The notes: generated from the letters alone by a model not told the origin. A DNA stretch of 248,000 bases from Octopus vulgaris (GCA_951406725.2 OX597823.1:26060001-26308000), one strand, 5' to 3'. Positions 115,643-130,642 are shown, counted from the stretch's first letter. Translations and numbers: made by a program.

Positions 115643-116260
115643 AAGACTTCCGCCCCCCACCCCCCAAAAAAAACACCCTTTAAAAAAGTTTTTTTTCGAC
115701 ACAAACTCCTCTTTTCGGCTATGGGAAATACGAATCTGCAAAAAAATTGGCAAAAATCGACATTTCAAAATTACTCCCACCCCATTTCCTTCATTTTAAA
115801 CTTTTTTCATAATTTTTTTTTTCTTCAAAATATCCAGAAAAATACTCAGATTATGATGATTCTGAAAAAAAATTTCCAAAAATCTTTGTAAAATTTTTTT
115901 TCTAAATATGCGGAAAAATATGGACGTCATGATTTGAACAAAAATTTCAAAACATTTCTGTACTTACGGTTACGGTTTTAGGGTTAGGGTTTTAGGATTA
116001 AGGTTTTAGGGTTAGAGTTAGAGTTTTAAGGTTAGGGTTGGGGTGTTAGGGTTAGGGTTTTAGGGTGTTAGGGTTAATGTTGGGGGACAAAAGTCAAAAT
116101 TGAAGAAGTTGTGGGGGGGAAATGGGGGAAAATTTTCACAATGCCGATTTTTGACAATTTTCTGGAAACTTCGTATCCGAAAACGGGGATTTTTGGCAAT
116201 AAAAAATTACAAAAATAAACAAATTTGGGAGAAAATGGGGTGGGAGCGGGCGGAAGTCTT
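115643..116260. mobile_element. Foldback-like DNA element carrying a degenerate (TTAGGG)n tract
   Basis: Ends AAGACTTCCGCCC / GGGCGGAAGTCTT with loosely inverted arms; telomere-like tract at about 115975-116075. Confidence 0.6.
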
Positions 116261-116824
116261 TCTGAAATCAATAACAACTGACACAAATGCAGAAAAAAAG
116301 AAATATAACAATCCCACAGTACATCACTGGCAAATTTGTATGAGAAGTTTTTTAAAAAAGCTCGTAAAGTTTAACATTTTGAGAAAAAAATATTTGAAAA
116401 AAAGTTATTGCTTACCGTGTCATACTTGTGTACAACAAAAATTCCGAATAATACGTTTTTCAAAACATTAAAACCTTAGTAAGGGTTTTCTGAAGCTTTA
116501 AATCATTTATAAAAATCTGCAGTATCTATAGATACCCCTTTCGACATCCCAGTGCGTCACGGTCACATTTGAGGCCCAATGTCTTATGCCATCCAATAAA
116601 ATAATACTATACACTGGTTTACATCTTCGATACCTAGTACTATGACACCAACAATTCACATTCTACACACCTACCCTCTGTTCATATAACACAAACCATG
116701 TACTAGATATTCCACATTAAAACCACCCAACTATAAAATACATCGTACCACTCAAACAGCAGCACATAGTGCATAGTTATATAATAGATGAAGAATTAAA
116801 ATAACACTAAAAACAAAAATAAGC

Positions 116825-116873
<49 letters not shown>

Positions 116874-116894
116874 GTTGTTATTATTATTATTATT

Positions 116895-117694
116895 GGATCT
116901 TTTCCTTTTGAACGGCACTTTTCAACACAATTTCTAGTTAACTAAACACTTTTAAATTTCGTATACTGGTAGAATGTGCTTATAAAACATCATTTTTTCT
117001 TGGCTTTATTGAGAAAATTCTATATGTTGTAACATATTTCGTCTTTAATTTCGAGCATTTCGGCAATTTTAACCAATCGCTGACCTCCATTTAGGTAAAC
117101 AACATTCCGTGCTGTATGAATATGTCCCTCGTTTAAGAAACAGATTGGGTTTATTTACATTTGTGAAGAAAAAAGATACCCTTCCCCCACCCCTAACCCT
117201 AACTCCCCTAACTCTAAAATAGATTGAAAAGAATAGATCGATACTAGGGCCATAATTATGGGTGACATTTTCATTTGACACCGCTAGAAAAAAATCCCAT
117301 TTTCCGTAGCGGTGTCGTATGAAATTGTCACCCATAATTATAACCCTAGTATCGATCTATTGCATTTCAATCTATTTTAGATTTAGGGTTAGAGTTAGGG
117401 TTATGGTTAGGGTTAGGGGTGGGGGAAGGGTATCTTTTTTCTTCACAAATGTAAATAAACCCAATCTGTTTCTTAAACGAGGGGCATATTCATACAGTAC
117501 GGAGGTCAGCGATTGGTTAAAATTGCCGAAATGCTCGAAATTAAAGACGAAATATGTTACAACATATAGAATTTTCTCAATAAAACCAAGAAAAAATGAT
117601 GTTTTATAAACACATTCTACCAGTATACGAAGTTTAAGAGTGTTTAGTTAACTAGAAATTATGTTACAAAGTGTCGTTCAAAAGGAAAAGATCC
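116895..117694. mobile_element. 800-bp foldback element with long inverted arms, inserted in (TTA)n
   Basis: GGATCTTTTCCTTTTGAACG...CGTTCAAAAGGAAAAGATCC; arms match over about 380 bp and include CCCTAA/TTAGGG runs. Confidence 0.88.
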
Positions 117695-117730
<36 letters not shown>

Positions 117731-117732
<2 letters not shown>

Positions 117733-118202
117733 GAGTGAGAGAGCAGTTCATGCCATCAAAGTGACACTGGGGTAAAATATACGAAGCCCTATATACCCAT
117801 CATTACTACCCGTCTGATAAGGGTACTCCAGGCACATGCATCACAACCATATGTGCGCGACATGGTGATCTCATATCAAGATAAACAGCACATGACCTTG
117901 CAGGTGGGGCCCAGTTAGAATTTTCTTCAGGTTGAGTAGCCCATCCCGCTCAAAAGGTCCCTGAAGAAGGGTTGTTTAAGGATGTTGAAAGAACCACCCA
118001 TGTTTCCAGAGGTGAATTATTCAAACCCCAAAGAATCCCTCTCAACACATGGCTATGATGCTCCCCCACTACTTCTGCTCGTGATCAGAGATGCACATAT
118101 CGTCAACCACTAAGGGACATGGTCAACTGGTTAAGGTCAAACAACTGACAAGCAAATCTGTGGTATTGAGCAGAATATTTGCTGTAGCCCATCTTTTATA
118201 CC
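117731..118202 (-). mobile_element. Copy of the ~560-bp (AAT)n-inserted non-coding element (5'-truncated)
   Basis: Reverse complement of 146540-147005; begins directly at (TTA)n. Confidence 0.85.
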
Positions 118203-121200
118203 ATGTTATTTGTAATTTAGGTATAAGGCTTGTAATTTAGGCTCAAGGCTTGCAATTTAGAAGAAAGGGTATAAGTTGATACCATCGACCTCACTATTGG
118301 TACTTTATTTTATCGACCTCAGGGAGTGGAGAGAAAAGTAATGTTGACTTTGGTGGGATTTGAACTCAGAATGTAATGGGCTGTGATGTATGACATTCCA
118401 ACGATTCTGCAAATCTACTGCCCTCTAATCTGCTATAATAAGTGCGGACAACTTTTCTTTCGAGAAGTGGGCCGCATGAGAAATGGTTCATTAGACGAAC
118501 TGCACTACTAAAAAAAAAAAAAAAATACAAAGCAATTTTTTGTTGGTGTGCAGTTCAGAAAGGCCCTTGGGCTGCAGTTTGTCCATGACTGGTTTATGAC
118601 ATAAGAATAAGGCAGCATATTTGGGTAGGAAGATTAGTCGTTTAAATTGCGCTTAGCGCTTTATCTTAGCGACCCCTGAATAATGAAAAGCAAAGTTGAC
118701 TGTGGCTGGGATTTGAACTCAGAACATAAAGAACCGTAATTTAATTCCGCAAGGCTTTTTGTCGAACGTTCTAACGATTCTGCTAAATAATAAACTATCC
118801 GTCAACAAGTTAATCCAGCTGACCTACTTGTGCCTGAAAACCAGGATGAATTGATTTCCGTAATGTAAGCTAAACAACGAAACACTTGCATGACAGATTG
118901 TTGCAATGTGGTGCCAGATGAGACCGATACATGGAATATTCTATTCTGATGAATTAATGGCTTTCTTCCAAATTCTTCATCAGTTACACAAATATTCCAT
119001 TGTTCTACCTTAGAGAAGTTGTATGGATGTTAAACAACAATGATGATGACAACGACGACAAAAGTAACAACAAACAATAACAGCAGCAACAACGATGATA
119101 ACAGCATATAACAATAATAATGACGACAATTGCAACATATAACAATGACAAGATTTCAAGCCAAAGAAAGAGACTCTACGTAGTCGTTCAACCTGCTAGA
119201 AATAGCTGCCAAATCTTCCTTGTCTTAAAAAAAAAAAAGGATATTGGATAATGCAGTTATAGAAACATGCAGGAGGGAGAGAGAGAGTCATGACTGGAAT
119301 ACCTTTCATCATGGGCTCGTTGAGCCAAGGCTAAACAACAAAACAGAGACACTAGATATGACAGTATGTTAACACCAATGATAGGAATAGTCTGACAACT
119401 CACATGTAAGACGCTGTTGTATTCGTATTTAATAGAACATCCCCTTGAGGTATTCCCCACCCAACACTTTCATCACACACAATGGCCACTCTAAGATGTG
119501 CAAATATATGCATTGTAACCAACACACAAAAGGGAAAAGAACTGTAAGCAAGCATGTAATTACATCTGTTCAAAACACCGTTCTTAACGGGCTATATATA
119601 AACCTAGGGCTACATCTAAATCTTCTTCATAAAAAATACAAAGCAAATTTATAAAGAAAGAGATCATAAGTTTATCAGAAATTTATTAGGGGCATTTTGT
119701 TTTCACTTTTTGTTCACACACACACATAGACTCACGCATATTTTTTAACAAAATATTGAAGGGAACGTCGATAATTTTGCAAGGCAACAGATACCTAACA
119801 TATATAAATAATTAAATATATAAATAATTTGGCAATTGAACAGTGGAGAATAGATATTAATGGAATGCAATACACCAACTAACCACAATGTTGGGTTACA
119901 GATAGATCCTTGAAGTTATTTATTGGTTAATATTCTCTTCAGCATTGATACAAAGTAGATCAGCAGAAATACAATAGACCAAATGACTACCATTTTTGTA
120001 GAGAGCGATTATTGAATGAATCTATCTAATGGACAAGTTGGGCAGCAAATGATTTTGTGTTATTGCTGACCAAATTATATTGTCTGATTCAAATACATAG
120101 ATTTTTGGGCATTTTGATCATATCTGTTATCTACATAGATTTTCCACGAATGATTTATTTGGTGCATGTAAACATTCCTAGCCTTAGTGCAGCAATGCAA
120201 ACATTCCTAGACTGATGCAGTGATGATTGTTTTGAGTTAATATAAAGGTTAATGAGAGCATGTGACCAGCAACTAGATTCATCATAACTTGGCTTTGTGA
120301 ATGAAGCTTCATAAAATGACATGTCCAATCAACTGCAGGCTTGCTGGTGGTGAATGAAGCTTTCTAGGACAGGTAGGTTTAGACACAGTAACTGCAAGGG
120401 AAATTTTATTCTGGGTTCAGTGTTGTTGAATCACAGTTCTTCCACAATCTCTTTTTGTCCTCAAGGTCAGCCCTGCACATTCTCGAATGGTGAAACAGAC
120501 TTTTGAATGTTGTGTCACTAGGCAATGTAATTAGATGCTACAATAGATGACTAGTGATGGTCAATAGGACAAAAAATAAGGCATAGCTTCAAAGTCCTGG
120601 TACTTACTCTTTGGTGCCCATCTGTCATGGTGGCCAAAGAGAATTTGCCACAGTTTTGAATAAATGATGCTTTGCCCAACACTGGTATGGTTTTGATGCT
120701 AGTAACTTCTGCTAGTTTTTAGGACTTTCTTGTTGGAAATAAGTCACTCCAGTGTGTGTTGGGGATGGTGTGCAGGCAGTAATGGTGAAAATGCTCAAGA
120801 AATTATAGGTGATGGTAGTAGGTAACTCATAATTCAGATGGTAGTCAGTATAATGGCCCTATACATGATGATCTTTTTTATCTTGCCTCAGATTCTTGCT
120901 GCCCGAGATTCTTTTGCACGATCTGCAAATACAGTGTTTGCCTTTGCCTGTCTGTTGTTAACTTTCCTGTTTGCCTTTGCATGTCTGTTGTTAATTTCCT
121001 TGTTGGTTTCAATATCTGATGAAATGATGCATCAATGCTATTGAACTAATGGACTGTCTTCAGCTCTGTCTCACCAATGGTGCTGCAGAGAGGATAGAAA
121101 TCTTCCTGGGATTTTGAAGAACATTTTTTTTTCCAGGTTGATTTCTGATCCAAAGTACTTGAGAGTTCCTTCAAAACAGAATATATGTTGCAGGTGGTGA

Positions 121201-123724
121201 ATTTATGTGAGCATCATCATTGAAGAGAAAAGCCCAGATGAGTTGCTCTAGCATCTTAATGTAGAACTGTAGTTATCTCAAGTTGAACAAGTGTTACCAG
121301 TGTGATATTAGATGTAATAACCATTTTCTTCATTGAGCTCCTCTGTGTCCTTTATGAGCTTCACATAGTACAATAATCTGAATGCCAGTTGAATCTATTT
121401 GGATGACCACATTGCTACTTTTTGGTGGTAATCAAGAAAAGGGAAAAGATAAACAAATTTACCTCTTCCTGATAGTTATGGCAAAGGTTGAAAGGACACA
121501 GAAGATATAGGTGTTTCTCTGACTGGAACAATATTTTCATCACATGCTTCAAATACCATTTCAAGTAAACAGTAATGGTTGAGATATCCTGTATTTAGGT
121601 AATTTTCATGGGACACAGGTGGAATTTGTTGATTTAATTCCCTGACTTGCTTGTAGAGTGGATTATGGAAAGAATTTCTGTAAGCTGATGAGAGATATTG
121701 AGATTTGAGATGCCTTAATCTTCTTTAGGTAATGTATGTCTTTTGCAAAGGTCTTACAACATGATAGGTTCAAAGGTTGTGTAGCAGTAGTAACCTTTAT
121801 TAAGTGACATACAATATGAAGCCACTCATCAGACACTTCTCCTTACACTCTGAGGCTATCAGTCTTGTTCAGGGATAGACCTAGATCCCTGGTTTAATAG
121901 TAAGACCAGGAGGAAAATCTGGGTAGATTTGAGAGATGGTGGTGGGGATGCATACTTCATAAAAATAGCTGAAGTCCCCAATGATAAACCTATGATCTCA
122001 ATAGCTGAAGTGGTGGAACAGGGAAATGCTAGATAGACTGGTTAATAAGACCTTGACTGATGAAGATTCATTGCCTGATCCTGCATATCACATTTCAGAT
122101 GTGCCACAGAAAATGCCTTCGAGACCACAATGCCTGACATGTTGGAATTCACCTTTATCAAGAAACATGCCACTAGTATTCCTTCATTGAAGAATTACAA
122201 CAGAAAAAGAAATACTCAGACACAAGGAGGAGCTGTTGCTGATGATAACATGATAAGGCCATGTAACCCTATTTTTGTGATCCAAAAATGTTATATTTGA
122301 TCTCCTCAAAGCCCATCTGCTCAGAATTAACTGTTTTGGACATAGAATGTTGTAAACTAAGAAGAAAGTCCCCACTTTCCCAACTAACTGTTCATTGTTT
122401 GTTTTATTATGGGAAATTAATTTTAAGTCCAAATCAAAAAGAACACTACGTCCAAAATTTCCTAAATTAATGAAGATCTAAGATTAACGAAGTTGTTGAC
122501 CTTGCCAAGAATAGAGACTAATGGTGAAAGTGTTATGCATATAGTATTTATTACATTGTTGGCTTGGCTACCCTTTATAGAAACAGAAAAGGATGCTGAA
122601 GAAGGAAAAGTGTCTTTGAATGGTTGTCTCTCATCATTTTAAAGCATTTATTTTTTCTATTTCAAATAATGTATAATATAAGAAAAGACGAAGGCAGGTG
122701 AGGGAACAACACACAGGTGTATTACTTTGATGCTCAGGAATAATAGAAAAGTCTTTGATCCTTCAAGCTTATGTTCTTCGACAGAAAGGATTGAGAGGAA
122801 AAAAATGGAGGGAGAATGAAAACAAACGGACAGAGAAAAAATGTGTAGAGAATAATGGTTCAACATGATGAAATGTATGATATATATATATACAATTGTA
122901 TGTTTATATGTTGTATATATTATATGTATAGTGTATACAGATTACAAGATTGTGGGTTCGATTCCCAGACTGGGCTTTGCATTGTGTTCTTAAGCAAAGC
123001 ACTTCATTTCACGTTGCTCTGCGATCATTTCATCACCTGACATGTGACACACGGTGCACCTGTACAGGTAATGTTGAGTTGATGGAGAGGTGGTTGTTTG
123101 GCAAGAAATTGCCAAACTCTCATACATTGTCTAACAACAGGAAAGTCCATGATATATAATAAGAGAAAAGAAAATGGACATAACTTTTATTTATAACCAT
123201 TTTATTTATTTATAACCATTTCTTTCCATTGTTACATATGTTTCAGTATTTGGTAACAGATGACATCACACTACAGATGCAACTAGTAGGTGCAGCTTAT
123301 ATGGCAAGCATGGAATAAACACATCACCAGGCAATCGATAAAGAAATAAAAGTTAGAGACAAAGAGTAACCAAATCTATACACATTGGAAGCACCTGCTA
123401 GAAGGGAGGGAGTGGAGGAGGTAAGAAGGTAAGCTGACCGACATAATTGCAGTGCGGACTGGTGTTTCTAAGAGTGGAATTAGTCACTGAGTAAGAAATG
123501 GGCCTACAATTGCATTTACTTGACTCTTTTACTTGTTTCAGTCATTTGACTGTGGCCATGCTGGAGCATCACCTTTAGTCGAGCAAATTGACCCCAGGAC
123601 TTATTCTTTGCAAGCCTAGTACTTATGTTATTGTTCTCTTTCGCTGAACTGCTAAGTTACGGGGACATAAACACACCAGCATCAGTCGTCAAGCGATGTT
123701 GGGGGGACAAACACAGACACACAA

Positions 123725-123787
<63 letters not shown>

Positions 123788-124983
123788 TACGATGGCCTTC
123801 TTTCAGTTTCCGTCTGCCAAATCCACTCACCGAGGCTATAGTAGAAGACACTTGCCCAAGGTGCCATGCAGTGGGACTGAACCCGGAACCATGTGGTTGG
123901 TAAGCAAGCTACTTACCACACAGCCACTTCTACACCTATGACTGTATAAAAGGGGAGGAGGGAGAACACAGAGATAGCAGCTAGCAAGATAAAGTGGTAC
124001 AATAAAACTTCTAAATTATTGATTATTTTCAAAATTAATTGAAACATATAGACAAAATAATACATTAGAAATATGGTTACAAAATAGAAACTTTTGGAAT
124101 CATTCATAAGGACAGATTGACACCTGGATTACCTAATTGGAACTTCAGAGGACCTCTAATGATAAATTGTTGATAAGTAGAATCCGGCCAAACAGGTACA
124201 AAGAAAAAAATACACAGGAAAAAAAAACAACATCATTTTTATAACTTCTTTGATAGGATGAAACAAGTGATGTACATACTTTTCCCTTCACTTTTATCTC
124301 CTTGTTGTCATTCTTGTCAGATTGCTATGGCCCAAATCAGTATATATTTGGAGGTTGGACACTGCATCTCACGTGTTTTGTTTTGGGCTTGGTTTCTATG
124401 GCTGGATACCCTGCCTAACACCGACCACATTAAAGAGTGTATTGACTGCTTGTCCTTTCCAACCACTCCTACAGGCCCCTTCTATTACTATCCATCAATT
124501 GTCTCTTCAACCATTATTCATCCCAATCACTCTGTTTCTACTGTCACACTTCTTTTCTCCTCCAAAACACACCTTGGTTTTGTTGTCATCAGTGTCTCTT
124601 CTATTCACTTCCTCAACCACATAGATCTAAGTGAACAAACATGTTATGAGTATTGAGGACTCTCTAATTTTGCTGGATACAAGGACACCCCACCTCTCCA
124701 CTCCTAGTGTTTGCACTGCTAGGATTCTACAGAGGACACTGTATAAAGTGAGTGGTGAGCAAGTGAAGATGTAGGATTGAGAGAATCCTTTAGTCCTGTT
124801 GAGGACATGGCAAACTCTCTAGGACTAGTGCCATGGACCTAGGATTTTCTGGAAATAGTTGGTAGCAGGAAGCCAAAAATGAAATGCACAAGTAAGACAT
124901 ACTCTTCCAAACTGCTTGGGAGGGCAAAAAGTTTAGGAAAAACCCAGTCCAGTATTTATCTGAAGGGCCATATGTGTGTATAT

Positions 124984-125030
<47 letters not shown>

Positions 125031-125039
125031 CATACATAT

Positions 125040-125940
125040 ATATATAGTTAATCCAAACATGAAAACACAAAGAGAAAACACAACGCTTTGTGCTATCAGC
125101 ATGCAAAACTAAATGCAATACCCAATAAATACACTGGACCTGGAGGGATTGCAATCCCAGAAGCACAATCAGTGCAAGACCTGGGCATTTACATGAGTAA
125201 TGATTCAACCTTTCATGTGCATGTTGCTAAATTGGCAATGAAATGTAGGCAGCTGACCAGATGGATTCTTAGAACCTTTAGGACAAGAGACCAGGAAACC
125301 ATGATGATCCTCTGGAGGACATGTGTCCTAAGCCACTTTGACTATTGCTCTCAGCTATGGTCACCAATCAGTGTCAAATTAATCTCAGAACTTGAGGCAA
125401 TCCAACGAAGCTACACGAAGAAGATAGCCTCAATGCAGCATATAAGCTATTGGGAAAGACTCAAAAGATTAAGACTCTATTCTTTAGAGCGTAGGTGAGA
125501 AAGATATGCCTAATATACATCTGGAAGATCCTGGAAGGACTTGTCCCTAACTTTGGCATTGAGAGTTACACAAATACTAGAACTGGGTGCCACTGCATAG
125601 TGCCAAGGACTCCAAATTTGCCATCAAGATGTAGGACAAGATACTGCAATAACCTGGGCTTCAGAGGTCCATGGCTCTTCAATATCCTGCTGAAGGACCT
125701 GAGAGACCTGCATGGGGTGGATGCAGATGTCTTTAAAATAAAGCTGGACCTCTTCCTGTCAGGTGTCCCAGATGAACCAACTTCATGGCAGGAGGTGCAG
125801 ATGAGAGCAGCTGCATCAAACTCTCTCATGCACCAAATGTCAATTGTTAAAAAGCATTCGTGAAGTAAAATCATGTAGCAACACCGAATGGCAGTGCCCC
125901 AGCATGGCCACAGCTCGTGAGCTGAAACTAGATAAAAAAA
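125040..125940 (+). mobile_element. 5'-truncated CR1-group LINE
   Basis: ORFs 125088-125498 and 125495-125863 (QDLGIYMS, SHFDYCSQLWSP, RLYSLERR); related 3' ends at 151060-151270 and 157680-157980(-). Confidence 0.88.
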
Positions 125941-125964
125941 AATAATAATATTTTATATATATAC

Positions 125965-126416
125965 ATGCATGAGTTGTCTAAGAGACCATAAGTCAGGGAA
126001 AAGATGCACACGTATATCTCTCAGTAGAGTGGGTATATTATCAGAAATGTATAGTATTAAATGTCCAACACAGCTGGTCTTACCACTTGGTTTCGCGTAA
126101 ATAATACAATGGAGTGTTAGGTAAGTACCAATTATATAACTTTATGCTTGTCAGAGTTAGCTGATATGGAAGGGAATATGGTGACTGTTCTCTATTGTTG
126201 GAGAAGGATTAGCACAACCAGTTAGCCACTGACCGGTTGTTTTAATTGACCCCTGGTAATAGAGAACAGTCACCATATTCCCTTCCATATCAGCTACCTC
126301 TGATGAGCATAAAGTTATATAATTGGTTTGTTACCCAACACTTCATTGTATTCTTTACTCAAAACCAATTGGTAGGACCAGTCATAATGGATATTTAATT
126401 CTATACATTTCTGATA

Positions 126417-126430
<14 letters not shown>
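125965..126430. mobile_element. Inverted pair of PLE-type repeat units, each with a decayed hammerhead (family C)
   Basis: Arms are reverse complements; CTGATGA at 126300, stem II GCATAAA/TTTA.GC, palindromic stem III ACCAATTGGT. Confidence 0.6.
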
Positions 126431-126465
<35 letters not shown>

Positions 126466-126514
126466 AAACTTACTTGGAAGAGGATGCATGGCATTCAATC
126501 ATATAATAATATAA

Positions 126515-126555
<41 letters not shown>

Positions 126556-126878
126556 TCGGTGGCACGTAAAAAGCACCATCCGTCCGTGGTCGTTTGCCAG
126601 CCCCGTCTGGCACCTGTGCGGGTGGCACATAAAAAGCACCCACTACACTCACGGAGTGGTTGGTGTTAGGAAGGGCATCCAGCCGTAGAAACACTGCCAG
126701 ATCAGACTGGTCCTGATGCAGCCTTCTGGCTTCCCAGACCCCAGTTGAACCGTCCAACCCATGCTAGCATGGAAAACGGACGCTAAATGATGATGATGAT
126801 GATATATACATATGTAAATGTCGATACTTACATCTATACATGCATTTATATATATATGTATATATATGTATATGTATA

Positions 126879-126910
<32 letters not shown>

Positions 126911-127612
126911 GAGATATATATATATAATATATATATATGCATATGTGTGCACAGGAGGTCATGAAACATGTACAACAAAAAAGTACGAAGCACGAATACA
127001 TGGAACATGAACTATTCTTTCAAACAATGAAAGACATAAATAGAAAACAAAACAAGTAACATAAAGAACGACCCTTCATCATTTGTTGGCTGTCTTTCTA
127101 GTCTCGTATTTCGACCATTTAACAATAATATACGCTTTTGATAAAGCAGTTGCTCCCGCAAAGTAAATTAAATAAAATTTGGGATTGCGGAGGTAACACA
127201 AACAGGATAGTGAAAACAAATAGGAAGGGCTGCTAAGCCTAAATGAGCTTGTGGTGGCAAACGCGTAAATCAAGCTAAGACTAGAGACAAACAACAACAC
127301 GTCTTCCTTGTTCCAGCTACAACGGAAAGAAAGAAAGAAAGATGGCCAATGGTCATGTGAGCAAGGGAGGAGGAGTAAGGGAGAGAGAATGACAGAGTAA
127401 TAGGATAGAATAGTGGGAGAAGAGGAGGTAAAAGAATAAGAGAGAGAAAAGAGTAAAAAGATCGTATAGAGTGCGCATCAGAATTATTAAGATAAAACTT
127501 ACTTGGAAGAGGATGTGTGGCATTCAATCATATAATAATATTGATAAAATATATAATATATATATGCATATATACATACGTCTATGTGCATACTTACATC
127601 TATGTATATATT

Positions 127613-127645
<33 letters not shown>

Positions 127646-127789
127646 ATGTGGGCACAGGACGTCATGAAATGTGTACAACAAAAAAGTATGAAGCACGAGT
127701 ACATGGAACATAAACTATTCTTTTGAACAACAAAAGACACAAATAGAAAACAAAACAAACAACATAAAGAACGACCCTCATTAATTGTT

Positions 127790-127853
<64 letters not shown>

Positions 127854-127946
127854 CTGGCTTCTTTCAGTTTCCGCCTATCAGTTCTACTTACAAGGCTTTG
127901 GTTGGCGAGAAGAAATTATAGAAAAAGACACTTGCCCAAGGTGCCA

Positions 127947-127988
<42 letters not shown>

Positions 127989-128069
127989 ATAAATATTAGG
128001 GAATAAATCCAAATTTACAGGGAAAAATCAGATTTAGGATTGAATCCAATTTTATAGTAAAATATAATA

Positions 128070-128272
128070 TAATATTAATTAAAGACAAAACCACTATTAT
128101 GCAAATCAAACAAAGAAAGACTTAATCCAATACATAAAAAATTTTATATAAATTAAATATAATTAAGATATCCACTTAATTATATTTAATTTATATAAAA
128201 TTTTTTATGTATTGGATTAAGTCTTTCTTTGTTTGATTTGCATAATAGTGGTTTTGTCTCTAATTAATATTA
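128070..128272. repeat. Palindrome, arms about 98 bp, 7-nt loop
   Basis: taattaag-atatcca-cttaatta centre; one mismatch; built from an AT-rich repeat also seen near 27870, 29370 and 229840. Confidence 0.9.
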
Positions 128273-128304
128273 TATATATATATATATATATACATACATA
128301 CATA

Positions 128305-128357
<53 letters not shown>

Positions 128358-129162
128358 ATTCCTCACCATCCAGGTGACAGGCACAACAGTAAGATGCATT
128401 ACAAATCTATAGTAATTGGAAGGGCGTGACCCAACTGAAATAAACATTAACAACTGTGTAACGTGAGGGCTAAGGAGAAATGAAAGTGTCATCTCTGGAG
128501 TTTGCAAATGACCACTATACTGATACGTAACTGGACAGAATAAATTTACAATCTATAAATGTCTTTGAATAACCAGTCACTCATCTGGAAAGGCCTTGAA
128601 ATCAATGTTACCATCTGGGGACTATGTGTGACCCAGTGATAATAAAAAGACTGAAAGGAGGTTTGCAATCAAATAACTTTACTCAACACTTTGCAATTGA
128701 ATCAGTGGAGGCAAAGATACCTCTCATTTACTGAACAATTTATGCACCACATTGCAGAAATCACAATGTAAGTGTATCTCAAAGCAAACTGTTACACTGT
128801 TGTACCATTGAATTACAAATAATGCTCATCTTTTATGCTTGAGTAACCATACAGCTTCCAAGATCAAAACTGTATTCGTTTTTGCTTAGATAAAATGACA
128901 ACATTGTGGGTGTTGAGTCCCCATGGAGGGGTCTTTCTAACTTGTAAGATGATGAAATTTTATAAATATTATTTCATTTGTGTCTAATATCTATGGTAAA
129001 AATTTCATCAACAGCAAAAATATATGAATTGTCATTGGGGTTATGGCCCTTATGCATAGAATATAATTTCCAAATTTCATAAAGATTTATTCAGTACTTT
129101 TGACCTAGTTTTGGATCATAAAAGAAAAGGCTAAAATTTGGGTGTTAAGGCCTCCATTAGGG

Positions 129163-129219
<57 letters not shown>

Positions 129220-129261
129220 TAGATAGATAGATATAGATATACACACACATACACATTCAAG

Positions 129262-129520
129262 GATAAATTCATAGATACAACTGAGTGGGCAAACAAAAAT
129301 ATGAGACACAGTCTAGTGCTTTTTTTTATGTTGATAAGCCTGGTACTTATTCTATTAGTTTGTTGTTGTGAAACCAGTAAGTTATGGGGATGTAAATAAC
129401 TGAACACCAGTTGTGAAGCAGTGATGAGGTCGAAACATAGAGACAAAGACACACACATACACTTACATATATACATACGTATATATACGATTGGTTTGTT
129501 TCAGTTCGTGTCTACGAAAT

Positions 129521-129557
<37 letters not shown>

Positions 129558-129860
129558 CATACACGCACACACACACACACACACAAAGAGAAATTTATAG
129601 ATACAACTGAGTGGGCAAACAAAAATATGAGACACTGCCTAGTGCTTTTTTTTTATTTTGATAAACCTGGTACTTATTCTATCAGTTTCTTCTTGTGACA
129701 CCAGTAAGTTATGGGGATGTAAATAAACGAACACCAGTTGTGAAGCAGTGATGAGGCTGAAACACAAAGACACACACATAGACTTACATATATGCATACA
129801 TATATATACAACTGATTTCTTTCAGTTTCTGTCTACAAAATCCACTGACAAGGATTTGGT
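129262..129860. repeat. About 330-bp direct duplication including a SINE B fragment
   Basis: aaatt.atagatacaactgagtgggcaaacaaaaatatgagacac recurs at about 129265 and 129592. Confidence 0.85.
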
Positions 129861-130642
129861 TGGTCTGAGGCTATAGCTGAAGACACATGCCAAGATACCA
129901 CACAGTGGAACTGAACTGAGGACCATGTGTTTTGGAACCAACTTTGTTACCACACAGCCACACCTGCACCTATGTATGTGTGTGTGTGTGTGTGTATATG
130001 TATGGATGTATATATGTATGCATGTATATATGTGTATATATATGTGTACATATTACATGTACATCTATATATATATATATACATCTACACATACATGTAT
130101 ACATATACATATACATGTATATCTATAGAAATACATCTATACATATACAGCTATACATGAACATATATATGTATATCTATATATATGTATATATATATAC
130201 GTATATCTATATATATGTATACATGTATTATATGTGTACGTATCTATATATATAAAACTGAGAATGCGTGTCTATCTGTCTATCTATCTGTCTGTCTCTG
130301 TGAATCTCTAAAACTTGAGAACTACACAACCAATTTCATTCAAATTTTACACATGCCTTACTTAGGATCCATGTAGCAGAAAAATAAATTTTAACTTCTT
130401 GCCTAGGGCGAGCCCACAGCAATATCATAGCTTCTCCACTATTTCAGTATTATGTGTTAAAAGTGAAACAAAAACATCTCTCTATTGTAATGTCAGATGC
130501 TTTCACTTTAATAATGAAACTATTAAAGTCAAACTATTATACAAGAGGGATGTACCATTAACAGTGGACATCCATTTTGCTAGAAGAAGATCTGCTATGG
130601 TCTTATATGCTACACCACTGGTTTTCAATACATATTAATCAA

